A DNA stretch of 64,000 nucleotides from a virus (lineage: Duplodnaviria; Caudoviricetes): positions 1-64,000 of the IMG/VR virus record IMGVR_UViG_3300037589_000163. The stretch is one strand, 5' to 3'. Shown here in pieces: positions 1-8,422 of this stretch. Position 1 is the first letter of the stretch. Every line of letters begins with the position of its first letter. Below the pieces are notes generated by a model. It was given only the letters and a program-made list of their open reading frames with translations, made no database searches and had not been told where the DNA came from. Position numbers and translations under genes: made by a program.

Positions 1-44
1 ATTTCCGGCATTGCCGCATTGATCCTGATTGCCCGCGGGCTGAT

Positions 45-989
45 GTGATGGGGGCGCTGAGGACGCTGCTGCTCGCAACGGCACGCCACGGACGCCTGGT
101 TCTCATCGCGGGCCTGGTTGTCGGGATCCTGTTTCCGGGGCTCGCGGGCATGGTGCGGGGAGTCCTTCCGGAGCTGGTTGCCTGCATGCTGGGCGTGGCG
201 GCATTGCGGATCGGACCGACGGCTGCGCGCGGAAGCCTTGCAGATATCCATGTTTCACTGCGGCTGGTCGCTGCCTACCAGTTGCTGCTGCCGCTGGTGC
301 TGGCCGCCGTCTTCCTGGCGTTCGGCCTGGGCGGCACGCTGGCCACCGCGATGGTGTTGATGGCTGCTGCGCCCTCGATTTCGGGCAGCCCCAACCTGAC
401 GATCATGACCGGACATGACCCGGCTCCGGCGCTGAGACTGATGATTGCAGGGGTGGCACTGTTGCCGCTGACCGTCGCCCCGGTGTTTCTGCTCTGGCCG
501 ATATTCGGGTCCTTCGGTGCGATTGCGCTGGCGTCCGGAAAGCTGCTGCTGCTGATCGGGTGCTCTTCCGCCGCTGCCTTCGTCATCCGGCAGCGGTTTT
601 TCCCCAAGCCAGGTGTTGAAACCCTGGGTGTGATCGACGGTGTCTCGGCCTTGCTGATGGCAGTGCTGGTCGTCGGCCTGATGTCAGCGCTGGGACCTGC
701 CATCATCCAAACACCGGGTCTGGTCGGGCTCACATTGCTTGCGGCCTTTGCAATCAACTTCTCGCTTCAGATTGCAGCCTTCATGCTGACCGGCGGGCGA
801 GGCCATGAGCGTTCGCGGGTTGCCTGGTCGATCATCGCGGGCAATCGCAACATTGCGCTTTTCCTGGTCGCGCTTCCAGCGGCCATCACCGACCCGCTTC
901 TGCTGTTCATCGGCTGCTACCAGATCCCGATGTACCTGACGCCGATCCTGCTGCGGCCTCTCTATGCTGGTCGCATGCAACCGCTGTGA
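45..989 (+). CDS. Host polytopic membrane transporter, bile acid:sodium symporter (BASS/Acr3-like) family
   Basis: 314 aa with ~9-10 hydrophobic helices; AAPSISGSP and GNRNIAL motifs typical of the family; higher GC than the downstream phage DNA. Confidence 0.7.
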   Translation: MMGALRTLLLATARHGRLVLIAGLVVGILFPGLAGMVRGVLPELVACMLGVAALRIGPTAARGSLADIHVSLRLVAAYQLLLPLVLAAVFLAFGLGGTLATAMVLMAAAPSISGSPNLTIMTGHDPAPALRLMIAGVALLPLTVAPVFLLWPIFGSFGAIALASGKLLLLIGCSSAAAFVIRQRFFPKPGVETLGVIDGVSALLMAVLVVGLMSALGPAIIQTPGLVGLTLLAAFAINFSLQIAAFMLTGGRGHERSRVAWSIIAGNRNIALFLVALPAAITDPLLLFIGCYQIPMYLTPILLRPLYAGRMQPL

Positions 990-1037
990 GAACACCCGCC
1001 ATTCCGGCGGAGATCAACGGATCCGCGCCCGAGGAGA

Positions 1038-1246
1038 ACAATGGCGGAGGGGCGAGGCAATGTCCGAACCCGGAGCCATCGCTCTTTGGGTTGGCGGGCG
1101 GCAAGGCGCAAGCAGGGACGGTGGAGAGCAGCGGAGACATTTCAAACCCGCAGGGTTCGCAAGGCCAAGGGCCGTCCGAGCTTATGCGAGGCCCCGACTG
1201 GAGCGAAGCCCGAAGGGCGATGGCGCGAAGTCGGACAATGGCGGAG
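1038..1246. repeat. Short palindromic element bounded by a 12-bp direct repeat of the tRNA 3' end
   Basis: ACAATGGCGGAG at 1038-1049 and 1235-1246; imperfect inverted ends TGTCCGA..GCCATCGC / GCGATGG..TCGGACA inside. Confidence 0.5.
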
Positions 1247-1328
1247 AGGAAGGGATTCGAACCCTCGATACCCTTCCGGGTATACTCCCTTAGCAGGGGA
1301 GCGCCTTCGACCACTCGGCCACCTCTCC
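1239..1328 (-). tRNA. trnS: tRNA-Ser(GCT)
   Basis: Reverse complement GGAGAGGTGGCCGAGTGG...CCCTGCTAAGGG...GGTTCGAATCCCTTCCTCTCCGCCA: 7-bp acceptor stem, long variable arm, anticodon GCT (1292-1294), encoded CCA. Confidence 0.97.
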
Positions 1329-1336
1329 GTGGCGCG

Positions 1337-1365
1337 TAATTGAATGTTTTCTTTGGCTTAGTCAA
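1337..1365 (-). promoter_or_regulatory. Putative sigma70-type promoter of tRNA-Ser
   Basis: TTGACT-N17-CAATTA followed by a GC-rich spacer just before the tRNA 5' end. Confidence 0.45.
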
Positions 1366-1415
1366 GCCTCGAATTGACAGGGCGATACGGCCCGTAACGG
1401 GAACAAACATGGAAT

Positions 1416-2474
1416 TCAGCCCCGTTTATGCAAAAAATCTGCAAACTTTGTTTCGTCTTCGTTCTGTTTGAAGTCGAAACCAAGCTTTCGGGCCGAAGAC
1501 CCGATCTGAGGGGCGGCAAGTTTGACATAACGAGACCATTCATCCGATTCCCATCCTCCCTCGGTTTTCAATCTCAGGATGTCTTTGGTCTGGGAATAGA
1601 ACCAGGTGGCCCAACTGTGCCTGGCCGTGTGGGGTGTGTATTTGGACGGATCGAGGCCGATATCAGTTACCGCCCTTTGCCACCAAGAAAAATGCCTGCC
1701 GCATTCTCTCGAGGTGTAGGGGCGGCCGTCATATCTCAGGAACAGGGGCCCGGGATCCCCTAGATTTGGTAGGGTGCTCAGGGCAGCCACTGTCCTGGGG
1801 CAAAGTGAGATCATCCTCTCCTTGCCATTTTTGGTGTCTCTCAGGATCGCATATCGATCGGGGAGAGAGATGTCTGTCCTCCCGTCTATCGCCAGGGTTT
1901 CTCCAACACGGGATCCCTGGCCAAAGAGGAAGGTCACGAATGCCGGGGTCCATGGGTTAGGTGTCCGGCTGTCGATGACACGATCTATGACCGCTACTGC
2001 TTCTTCGGGACGAAGAAAGAAGGTCTTCTTGGGGCTGTCTGAAGGCCGGTCGAATTGGGTTCTGACGCCGGCCGAGTGAATGACAGCAATGGTAGGTCCA
2101 TGAAACTGACGGCGCCTGGTGGCTGGATTGGGATAAGCCTTGGCTCCCTGGTCATCGAGCATCATCTGATTGATCTCGTCGACACGGATACGCCCGAAAG
2201 CCTGTCTGGGTTTCACCAGGAACCGCTCTTCACCCCCGTTCATGACGTACCTCCTGGCCGCTTCTTCGAACGTGAGTGTGGGTTCTTTACCGGTGATATT
2301 TTGCTCGGCAACCGCACCCTCGATTTGACGTCGGATGGCGTCTGCTTCGTATTTATCTCGAGTTTTGGTCGACTTCCGGATTTGTTTAGGAGTTGGTCGA
2401 CCATTATTCCAGACTGTGACAGTCCCCTTGATGTACCAAAATCCGTTGGAGTGGAGCGTAAGTTCGAGGGGCAT
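1416..2474 (-). CDS. int: Tyrosine recombinase/integrase
   Basis: Catalytic set present: GSRVGE (R), DTKNG (K), HTARH (HxxR), GGW (W), SRY (Y). Confidence 0.93.
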   Translation of the reverse strand: MPLELTLHSNGFWYIKGTVTVWNNGRPTPKQIRKSTKTRDKYEADAIRRQIEGAVAEQNITGKEPTLTFEEAARRYVMNGGEERFLVKPRQAFGRIRVDEINQMMLDDQGAKAYPNPATRRRQFHGPTIAVIHSAGVRTQFDRPSDSPKKTFFLRPEEAVAVIDRVIDSRTPNPWTPAFVTFLFGQGSRVGETLAIDGRTDISLPDRYAILRDTKNGKERMISLCPRTVAALSTLPNLGDPGPLFLRYDGRPYTSRECGRHFSWWQRAVTDIGLDPSKYTPHTARHSWATWFYSQTKDILRLKTEGGWESDEWSRYVKLAAPQIGSSARKLGFDFKQNEDETKFADFLHKRG

Positions 2475-2656
2475 TGAATCATCCGGTCGGCCAGCTCGAT
2501 GAACTGGTCCTGGTTGAGTTTCACTGTGCGACCATGCCGGACAAAAGGAATATTGTGCCGGCGGATCTGCTCTCGAACGTAGCGTACCGGGTCTATTACG
2601 TCATCATGAGTTATGCCGAGTTTCTCCGCGGCGACTGGTAACGATATGGGGCTCAT
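2240..2656 (-). CDS. Excisionase-like/HTH protein overlapping the int start
   Basis: Likely start MSPISLPVAAEKLG (ATG 2656); MerR/HTH_17-like N-terminus; C-terminal tail overlaps the 5' end of int. Confidence 0.5.
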   Translation of the reverse strand: MSPISLPVAAEKLGITHDDVIDPVRYVREQIRRHNIPFVRHGRTVKLNQDQFIELADRMIQCPSNLRSTPTDFGTSRGLSQSGIMVDQLLNKSGSRPKLEINTKQTPSDVKSRVRLPSKISPVKNPHSRSKKRPGGTS

Positions 2657-2679
2657 ACAAACACACTCTTTCTCTACGA

Positions 2680-2925
2680 CCTGGTTTTGCAACCAGGCTT
2701 CGAGCAAAAGGTTTCCTGTACCGATTGCAAGATAACTTTGGTTATTTTCTCCAACCAAAACCTATAGATTCAATAGGTTGGTTTTGGCGATTCCACACTT
2801 TTTATAAAAATGTGTGGTCCAGTTATCTATCGATTTCAGAAAAAGAGGCAAATGCTAAATTTCGTATTAGCGTTAAAAACAGAAGGAATAAGGTTTATTT
2901 AATCCAAATCCACATGAAAATGTGG
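2680..2925. promoter_or_regulatory. AT-rich, palindrome-rich control region upstream of xis-int
   Basis: Inverted repeats at 2680-2697, 2759-2779, 2793-2817 and 2910-2925. Confidence 0.45.
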
Positions 2926-2940
2926 GAGTGTCTATCTGAC

Positions 2941-2979
2941 AAAAATAAAGATACCCGCCCCATTAAAGGAGCGGGTATC
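2941..2979 (-). terminator. Intrinsic terminator after RNAP2
   Basis: GATACCCGC/GCGGGTATC stem followed by TTTATTTTT on the minus strand. Confidence 0.7.
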
Positions 2980-2985
2980 AAACCC

Positions 2986-4197
2986 TCAGCTGAGAGCGTA
3001 GTTGGTGTCGAAAATGTCCGATACCATGGATGGATCCAGTTTGCCTGTGACGATCGGACGGCCGACGATCTGAGAGACAATGTCTCCCAGGAGAGAGCTG
3101 CCGGCGATCTGGGCAAGCAGGATGTTGTACTGGCGCCGCAGGTCGTTTCCGTAGTTGGGAAGACAGCGGAAGCAGTCATGGACGGACATCACCCGGAAAG
3201 GAACGTCTGGAAGTGATTCCAACAGGTCCTTGATGACACGGGGATTGACGAGCCCCAGGTTCTCCATATCCAGATAGCTCAGGATACGTGCAGAGAGGAA
3301 GTTGGTTCTCTGGTAGTGATCCCAGAGGGTCTGGACGAGCGCGTCCTTTTCCCGGTGAACGCTCCGGCCGGCAGCGCCACGACTGATGTAGTGAACCAGA
3401 TCGTTGTAGTTCCTCCAATCGTAATTGCACCTCCGCTCGATCTCCCTGACGATCATGCCGTCAAGAGAGTGAACCATGTTGGCTCCCAGAGAACGGCCGC
3501 CGGTCATGGGCTTGTTGACCTCGTAGGAGACCTCGAAAGGCTCGTTAAGGAAGTTGACCATTTCGGTTTCCCTGGCCATGACCTTGATGTGGACATGAAA
3601 GTTGTCAGGAAGGACCCAGTCGTTGGAGAATTTGCCCGGATCCCAGATGGCGAGCATGGTCTCGTTGATTTCCCAGGCTCCTGGGGCTCGGTTCTGGAGC
3701 GTTCCGTAGAACAGCTCGAGGAACTGACCTTCACCGAAGATGAGTTTCGGCATGGCCGTCGAGTTGTAGAAAGCCGTCATGATTGCCTTCTTGGTCAGCT
3801 TCCGATCGATCTTGGAAGATCCACCGGTGGCGTTCAGCATGTCCTGGTAGATCTCGACATAGGCATCAGCACGCCGACCAACGTCAACGACGTTGCAGAG
3901 CTCGGCCGCCTTGCGATCGCATGCCAGGGCAGCCAGAATCTGGATACCAGAGCAAGTGGCATCCAGGGAGATGGGATAAGACGTGCTGGTGCCTTTGCAA
4001 GCAGCTTTCCAGGCCTGCACGCCGGCGTAGAAAAGAGCGGGTTCTTCAGCCTGGTTCAGGAGTTTGTCCAGGTTGGATTCGTTGTCGTCGAACCACTTAA
4101 TACGCTGATCCCAGGTATCCTTGTCCAGACCGTGGCCGAAGGAGTTGGCGATGTCGATCTTGAGGTATTCTTTGCCGGTGAAAGTCTGAAAGGTCAT
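2986..4197 (-). CDS. N4-like RNA polymerase II subunit 2 (gp16-like)
   Basis: 403 aa; MTFQTFTGKEYLKIDIAN start; T7-type motifs LDATCSGIQ, KKAIMTAFY, SVHDCF. Confidence 0.92.
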   Translation of the reverse strand: MTFQTFTGKEYLKIDIANSFGHGLDKDTWDQRIKWFDDNESNLDKLLNQAEEPALFYAGVQAWKAACKGTSTSYPISLDATCSGIQILAALACDRKAAELCNVVDVGRRADAYVEIYQDMLNATGGSSKIDRKLTKKAIMTAFYNSTAMPKLIFGEGQFLELFYGTLQNRAPGAWEINETMLAIWDPGKFSNDWVLPDNFHVHIKVMARETEMVNFLNEPFEVSYEVNKPMTGGRSLGANMVHSLDGMIVREIERRCNYDWRNYNDLVHYISRGAAGRSVHREKDALVQTLWDHYQRTNFLSARILSYLDMENLGLVNPRVIKDLLESLPDVPFRVMSVHDCFRCLPNYGNDLRRQYNILLAQIAGSSLLGDIVSQIVGRPIVTGKLDPSMVSDIFDTNYALS

Positions 4198-4215
4198 GTG
4201 GTAGCTCCTTCGTTA

Positions 4216-4782
4216 TCAGGCGTCGTTGGCGAGATGAGCAAGGCGATTGAGATAATCGGCAAGCTCTTTCATCCGTTCTTTGGTGGCTGAGCCGAGGTCT
4301 ATGACCTCGTCTTGAGATGTTTTGACGATCAGTCGATCGTCTTTGGTGATGGCGAAATCACTCCCTTCACCGATGCTGATTGCTGCGGCGATCTGGGATC
4401 TCATTTCTTTCTTGTCGGCACAGCTCGGACACAGTCCGTCGAAGCCGTCACCGACGGTGCCATATTCTGGTGTTCCAGGAGCTGCACCACATTTGGTACA
4501 GGGTGCATAGTCCTCGTCTTCTTCTCGAGTTTTTCCCGAAACCCATTCGGAGACTGTCTTCTTGCCGATGTATTCCATGCCACCTTTTTGCTCCCATCCG
4601 AGAGACCCCATGGGGATATCGTCGAGAGAGACGCGGTAGATAAGCAGATTGCCGTCAAAAACATCATTGAGACCGAAGTAGGTCATGAAGAGTTCTACGG
4701 CACGGCCAGAGTCATTTTCCTTGACCAAAAGGGAGATATCAATTTCCCCACTGCCTTCCATGAATATGTAATAGAGAAACAT
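4216..4782 (-). CDS. Hypothetical phage protein with an internal CxxC...CxxC
   Basis: 188 aa, co-oriented; CTKC and CPSC pairs. Confidence 0.55.
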   Translation of the reverse strand: MFLYYIFMEGSGEIDISLLVKENDSGRAVELFMTYFGLNDVFDGNLLIYRVSLDDIPMGSLGWEQKGGMEYIGKKTVSEWVSGKTREEDEDYAPCTKCGAAPGTPEYGTVGDGFDGLCPSCADKKEMRSQIAAAISIGEGSDFAITKDDRLIVKTSQDEVIDLGSATKERMKELADYLNRLAHLANDA

Positions 4783-4805
4783 AGGGGTTTTCCTTGTTCA
4801 GAGGG

Positions 4806-5057
4806 TCAGGTGGGTTCGTGATCTGGTTCTTCGTTGGTCACGAGCACAGGCACATGAACCCAATACGGTCGGGCTTTCTTCAGTATCCGGATCATTGATG
4901 CGACGACGTTCCCGGGAACTGCCAACCGTTTGTTTTTCGAACAGGCATAGGTTCCGTCGACGTCAAGAAAAATGCGGTCTTTTTCGAGGAGAGTCTCATC
5001 GTTTTCGAATCCAACATGCTGGATCCAGTATTCCGATTTGGGATCATACATCGACAC
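4806..5057 (-). CDS. Hypothetical phage protein
   Basis: 83 aa, co-oriented, GGGAAAT before the GTG start. Confidence 0.5.
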   Translation of the reverse strand: MSMYDPKSEYWIQHVGFENDETLLEKDRIFLDVDGTYACSKNKRLAVPGNVVASMIRILKKARPYWVHVPVLVTNEEPDHEPT

Positions 5058-5079
5058 ATTTCCCTGTGGTTGAAGCCAT

Positions 5080-5108
5080 AAAAAAAGGACCCCGGTTAAG
5101 GGATCCTT
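5080..5108 (-). terminator. Intrinsic terminator
   Basis: AAGGATCCC-TTAACC-GGGGTCCTT plus a T-tract on the minus strand. Confidence 0.65.
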
Positions 5109-5145
5109 CTTCTGATTTTTGCTTTGGAGGAGCTACTCGCCTGGC

Positions 5146-5220
5146 CTAAATATCAGGCAAGGGCAGAGCGGGATCGGTCTTGGGAACCGGAGTAGGAGGA
5201 TTAATGGGATAATCGCTCAC
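5146..5220 (-). CDS. Putative 24-aa proline-rich peptide MSDYPINPPTPVPKTDPALPLPDI
   Basis: GTG start with AAGGAGG Shine-Dalgarno; below the ORF-track cutoff. Confidence 0.3.
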   Translation of the reverse strand: MSDYPINPPTPVPKTDPALPLPDI

Positions 5221-5322
5221 AAAAGGCCTCCTTGATTAACTGACAAGCGTAGTTAATCATTTTTTACGATTATCGCCAAGCGTTTTCTAGATCAAGTTTG
5301 CTTTTTTCAAAAGCAGATTTGC

Positions 5323-5532
5323 TCAGCCTGCATCTGCTTTGCCCTTCTCATAGGCAGCAGCCATGAATAGCCCGACGAGACGCATGGCCTCGTCGAACCT
5401 GTTGTGGTCCTGATTGCAGACCTTGAACAGCATCGTGGTCATTGCAGGACATTGAGCCAGTGATGCTGTTGGGTCTTGGACTGAGTAAAACAGATTGTAA
5501 GCGGGATGATCTTCATCCACTGACCACCTCAC
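5323..5532 (-). CDS. Hypothetical protein
   Basis: 69 aa, overlaps the RNAP1 stop. Confidence 0.55.
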   Translation of the reverse strand: MRWSVDEDHPAYNLFYSVQDPTASLAQCPAMTTMLFKVCNQDHNRFDEAMRLVGLFMAAAYEKGKADAG

Positions 5533-6325
5533 CTTCTGCGAATTCGATCATGGCCTTGTTCCAGGGAGTACCCTGGTAGGTGACCGAATAGCCCTGGCAG
5601 TAGGTCCGGCCGCGCTTGTCGTATTTGTGGGTGAGGTAGCATTCACCGCCGCCGGCCAGACCCAGGTGGTGCATGACGTCGAAGGCTGTCCGGTTGTACT
5701 TCTCGAAAGCCTTGACCCGCTTCTGGAACTCGTCCGGGGTCTCGTCCGGCTTGGCTTTGTCCAGGTTCTTCCAGCGGTTCTTGACCGTGGTGGCTACATC
5801 CTGGTTCACACGCAGCTTCATGGAGTTGAGGCTGTTGAGGTGATCGAGACAGACGTCGTCTTCGGTGTGATTGTGCCGGAGAATGACGGATCCCTTGCCG
5901 GTGTAGTAGCCGGTGTCCTTGTTGCTCTCGAGCTTGAGAGGCGCAACGACCATCGGGAGAGGGAACTGGTACCGATCGATCTCATCCTGCACATCCTGGC
6001 TGATGCCGAATTTGATGATGAACTGCCTGGTTGTGGGATTCCAGTCGACGAGATCTGCTTCGACGGCCCGGAGGAGCTCGTCGGTTGTCTTCTGGCAGTT
6101 GCCGTTGAAGTGGTGACGCAAGGCGCCAACCAGGGTAGGCAGCGTCGCACGCTTGTGAAGCACCATCTGAACCAGCAGAGCAACGCCGAAGTCCTGGGGT
6201 ACTTTGTGGTCCTTCATGTGAGCCAGGAAATCGAAGTCATCACACTTCTTGAACTCAGCAGAGATCCGCGGGATCAACTGGTTCTTGTTGAAGAGCTGCT
6301 CCATATCAATCTGGAATTCGATCAT
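5513..6325 (-). CDS. N4-like RNA polymerase II subunit 1 (gp15-like)
   Basis: Start reassigned to MIEFQIDMEQLF (AAAGGAG RBS); RYQFPLPMVV and YLTHKYDKRGRTYCQGY motifs. Confidence 0.9.
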   Translation of the reverse strand: MIEFQIDMEQLFNKNQLIPRISAEFKKCDDFDFLAHMKDHKVPQDFGVALLVQMVLHKRATLPTLVGALRHHFNGNCQKTTDELLRAVEADLVDWNPTTRQFIIKFGISQDVQDEIDRYQFPLPMVVAPLKLESNKDTGYYTGKGSVILRHNHTEDDVCLDHLNSLNSMKLRVNQDVATTVKNRWKNLDKAKPDETPDEFQKRVKAFEKYNRTAFDVMHHLGLAGGGECYLTHKYDKRGRTYCQGYSVTYQGTPWNKAMIEFAEGEVVSG

Positions 6326-6468
6326 GCTTTTCTCCTTTGGAAGGTCGACGTCGATGGTCAGGGATCGAGTGAAAGGGCGATGCGTGGATATGAAGGGCCG
6401 CCGATTGTTCAGCGACCCCAGATATTGAACTGCTGCCACGAGGGCAGTGATGAAGCGGACGATGGAGC

Positions 6469-7098
6469 TCAGAAGGTTCCCCAATATCGGGCCTCCTTCC
6501 CTTTATCTTCGAAGAAAGGTTTCCAGGCTTCGTCGAACAGGCAGTTTAGAGGAGCTGTCAGAAACATGCCTGCCATGTCGTGATCGCTGAGGCCGGCAAG
6601 ACCGCACCCAACACGGGTGACCTGGAATTGCAACATATTCATCGTCGAAGCGAGGCTTATGAAATCCTCGACGTGCTCTTTGATCACATGAGGCTCGAGG
6701 GTTCTGATCTGCCGGTTCTTGGTGGGAATAGCATAGGAATTCCCTTGAAGACCGATGCCCTGGCCGTATTTTGCACCCTTTCTTTCGAGAGCGAACTTGG
6801 CTGCGCCGGCGCCATGCCGACCGGCAAGGTTGGATCCGAAGACGAAAATGAGTTCTGCTTTCGGGTAGGTCCGGTCCATGAGGGTGTGGATCGCTTGTGG
6901 TGGGTCATCGAAAATGATGTTGGCCAATGCAAAGGAACGACGAGCCTTGCGGTGGAGATCGTAGCCTGAGATGAACCAGCCCGGCTCGTAACCGTATCCA
7001 GGTTCCCTAATGTACTGGACCGATTCAAAGAGAACTTCCCGCATATCCGTAGACCCGCGGTGGTTGAGGTATTTGAATATGAGGATGTCCATGGTCAT
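6469..7098 (-). CDS. WYL-like domain fused to an A1S_2505-type (macrodomain-like) domain
   Basis: N-term FKYLNHRG...W..GYDLHRKARRSFAL; C-term IFVFGSNLAGRHGAGAA, SYAIPTK, VTRVGCGLAG. Confidence 0.65.
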   Translation of the reverse strand: MTMDILIFKYLNHRGSTDMREVLFESVQYIREPGYGYEPGWFISGYDLHRKARRSFALANIIFDDPPQAIHTLMDRTYPKAELIFVFGSNLAGRHGAGAAKFALERKGAKYGQGIGLQGNSYAIPTKNRQIRTLEPHVIKEHVEDFISLASTMNMLQFQVTRVGCGLAGLSDHDMAGMFLTAPLNCLFDEAWKPFFEDKGKEARYWGTF

Positions 7099-7439
7099 TT
7101 CATTTCCTTCAGGAGTTTGAGGGTGACCTTCATCTCGGTGACGGAGATTGAAAGGTTGGGCCATTCGACAGATGCATGGCCTTGGTCGTCGCTTTCGTTA
7201 TCGGAGAAGCTTCCGAACCAATGGCCGCTGTCTTCGTGTGAATCATCGGGGATAACCCGCATGGATTCGACATCCGAGACGACGCTCTTGATGCCTTTCT
7301 CCAGCTGAGAGATGCGATCGTGGGCCCAACGAGCCACCATTCTGGCCTGGCTCTCGACGTTTTCGGGGGGGATGCCAAGAGAGAGATCGGTGATTTTCCC
7401 CCAACCTTCATCCCGGTAGATCTTGTTGATGTCAGTCAT
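7095..7439 (-). CDS. Hypothetical protein
   Basis: 114 aa, stop/start coupled with neighbours. Confidence 0.55.
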   Translation of the reverse strand: MTDINKIYRDEGWGKITDLSLGIPPENVESQARMVARWAHDRISQLEKGIKSVVSDVESMRVIPDDSHEDSGHWFGSFSDNESDDQGHASVEWPNLSISVTEMKVTLKLLKEMK

Positions 7440-8097
7440 AGAAATCTTCCTTCAAAGGATAGACCCTGGATTCGCTCAACGAGTAGAAGAGACGAAATTC
7501 CTGGCCTGGATAAGAGATCTCTCTTACGGCCTCAGCGACTGCTTGCTTGATGGAGAAGAAGAGGCTGTGAGAGGCGAATTGATTGTATTTGTTCGAGGGG
7601 AACCGGCGGTTCATGTGGTTGAAGCCGGCGCAAAGACGCGATAGTGCGGCTTTTTCGAAAGAGTTGAACTCTTGGCGTTCATAAAAAGGAGAGCATTCCC
7701 TGAAGATCTTTCTTGCTTCACGGAGGATTGGAACGAATGCTTCTCGAGCATCACATCTCAACAACCTTCGTTTTGTCGACGTGACCTCTTCGTTTTCGTC
7801 TAAGGATTTTCTGAATAGATCGTAAATCTCGTTACCGAGTGTCTCTTCTGAAGAGAGAACCATGTTTCCGATATCTCCCCAGCGGCCTCTGGAATGCCAG
7901 ATGGCCCCTAATGCTTCGAGCTCATCGTTGATGCTTTCCAGTCGATCGGCGCCGTGACAGTGCTCCACGATGTCGTGAGCAATTACCGTTCCGTCAAGGC
8001 AAACGAATCTGCCTTCGAATTCAGGAGTGTCGAGGAGGTTAAACCCTAGATCAGAGGTGAACTCATCCTGTCGGGCAACAAGGGTGACGTAGGGCAT
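7432..8097 (-). CDS. Hypothetical protein with a possible metal site (AHDIVEH...ELEALG)
   Basis: 221 aa, co-oriented in the early operon. Confidence 0.55.
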   Translation of the reverse strand: MPYVTLVARQDEFTSDLGFNLLDTPEFEGRFVCLDGTVIAHDIVEHCHGADRLESINDELEALGAIWHSRGRWGDIGNMVLSSEETLGNEIYDLFRKSLDENEEVTSTKRRLLRCDAREAFVPILREARKIFRECSPFYERQEFNSFEKAALSRLCAGFNHMNRRFPSNKYNQFASHSLFFSIKQAVAEAVREISYPGQEFRLFYSLSESRVYPLKEDFYD

Positions 8098-8101
8098 GAA
8101 A

Positions 8102-8422
8102 TCATCCTTTCTTCTCCCTTATCGGGTCGATGAATAGCAAGTGGACGCACTTCTGGTAGTAGCGCTGTGCTGCCTCTTCGGCGTGGAATCGACCAAAGGT
8201 CTTGTGGATTTCGGTCGGTCCATGTTGACTGCAATGGACGCCGACGTTGACGCTCCAGATGTCCAGGTCTTCGTCGACCCGGCTCACATCGAAATAGAAG
8301 GTTTCAGGGCCGAATTTGATGGAGGCGTAGCTCGCAGTCTTGCTTCTTCTGTCCCATACGAGGGGATAGACGATTTCGGCGATCTTGGTCTTGATGACCG
8401 AATTATCTGCTGGGTTATCCAT
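8102..8422 (-). CDS. Hypothetical protein
   Basis: Likely start MDNPAD, preceded by GGAGGCGGAAG. Confidence 0.5.
   Translation of the reverse strand: MDNPADNSVIKTKIAEIVYPLVWDRRSKTASYASIKFGPETFYFDVSRVDEDLDIWSVNVGVHCSQHGPTEIHKTFGRFHAEEAAQRYYQKCVHLLFIDPIREKKG

Noticed and set aside
1239-1328. tRNA as phage cargo
   Set aside because: It lies outside int next to a host gene and has a host-like promoter; cannot be fully excluded without attR
2725-3216. 163-aa plus-strand ORF as a possible repressor
   Set aside because: It runs through AT-rich palindromes and a terminator into antisense RNAP2; no HTH pattern or RBS
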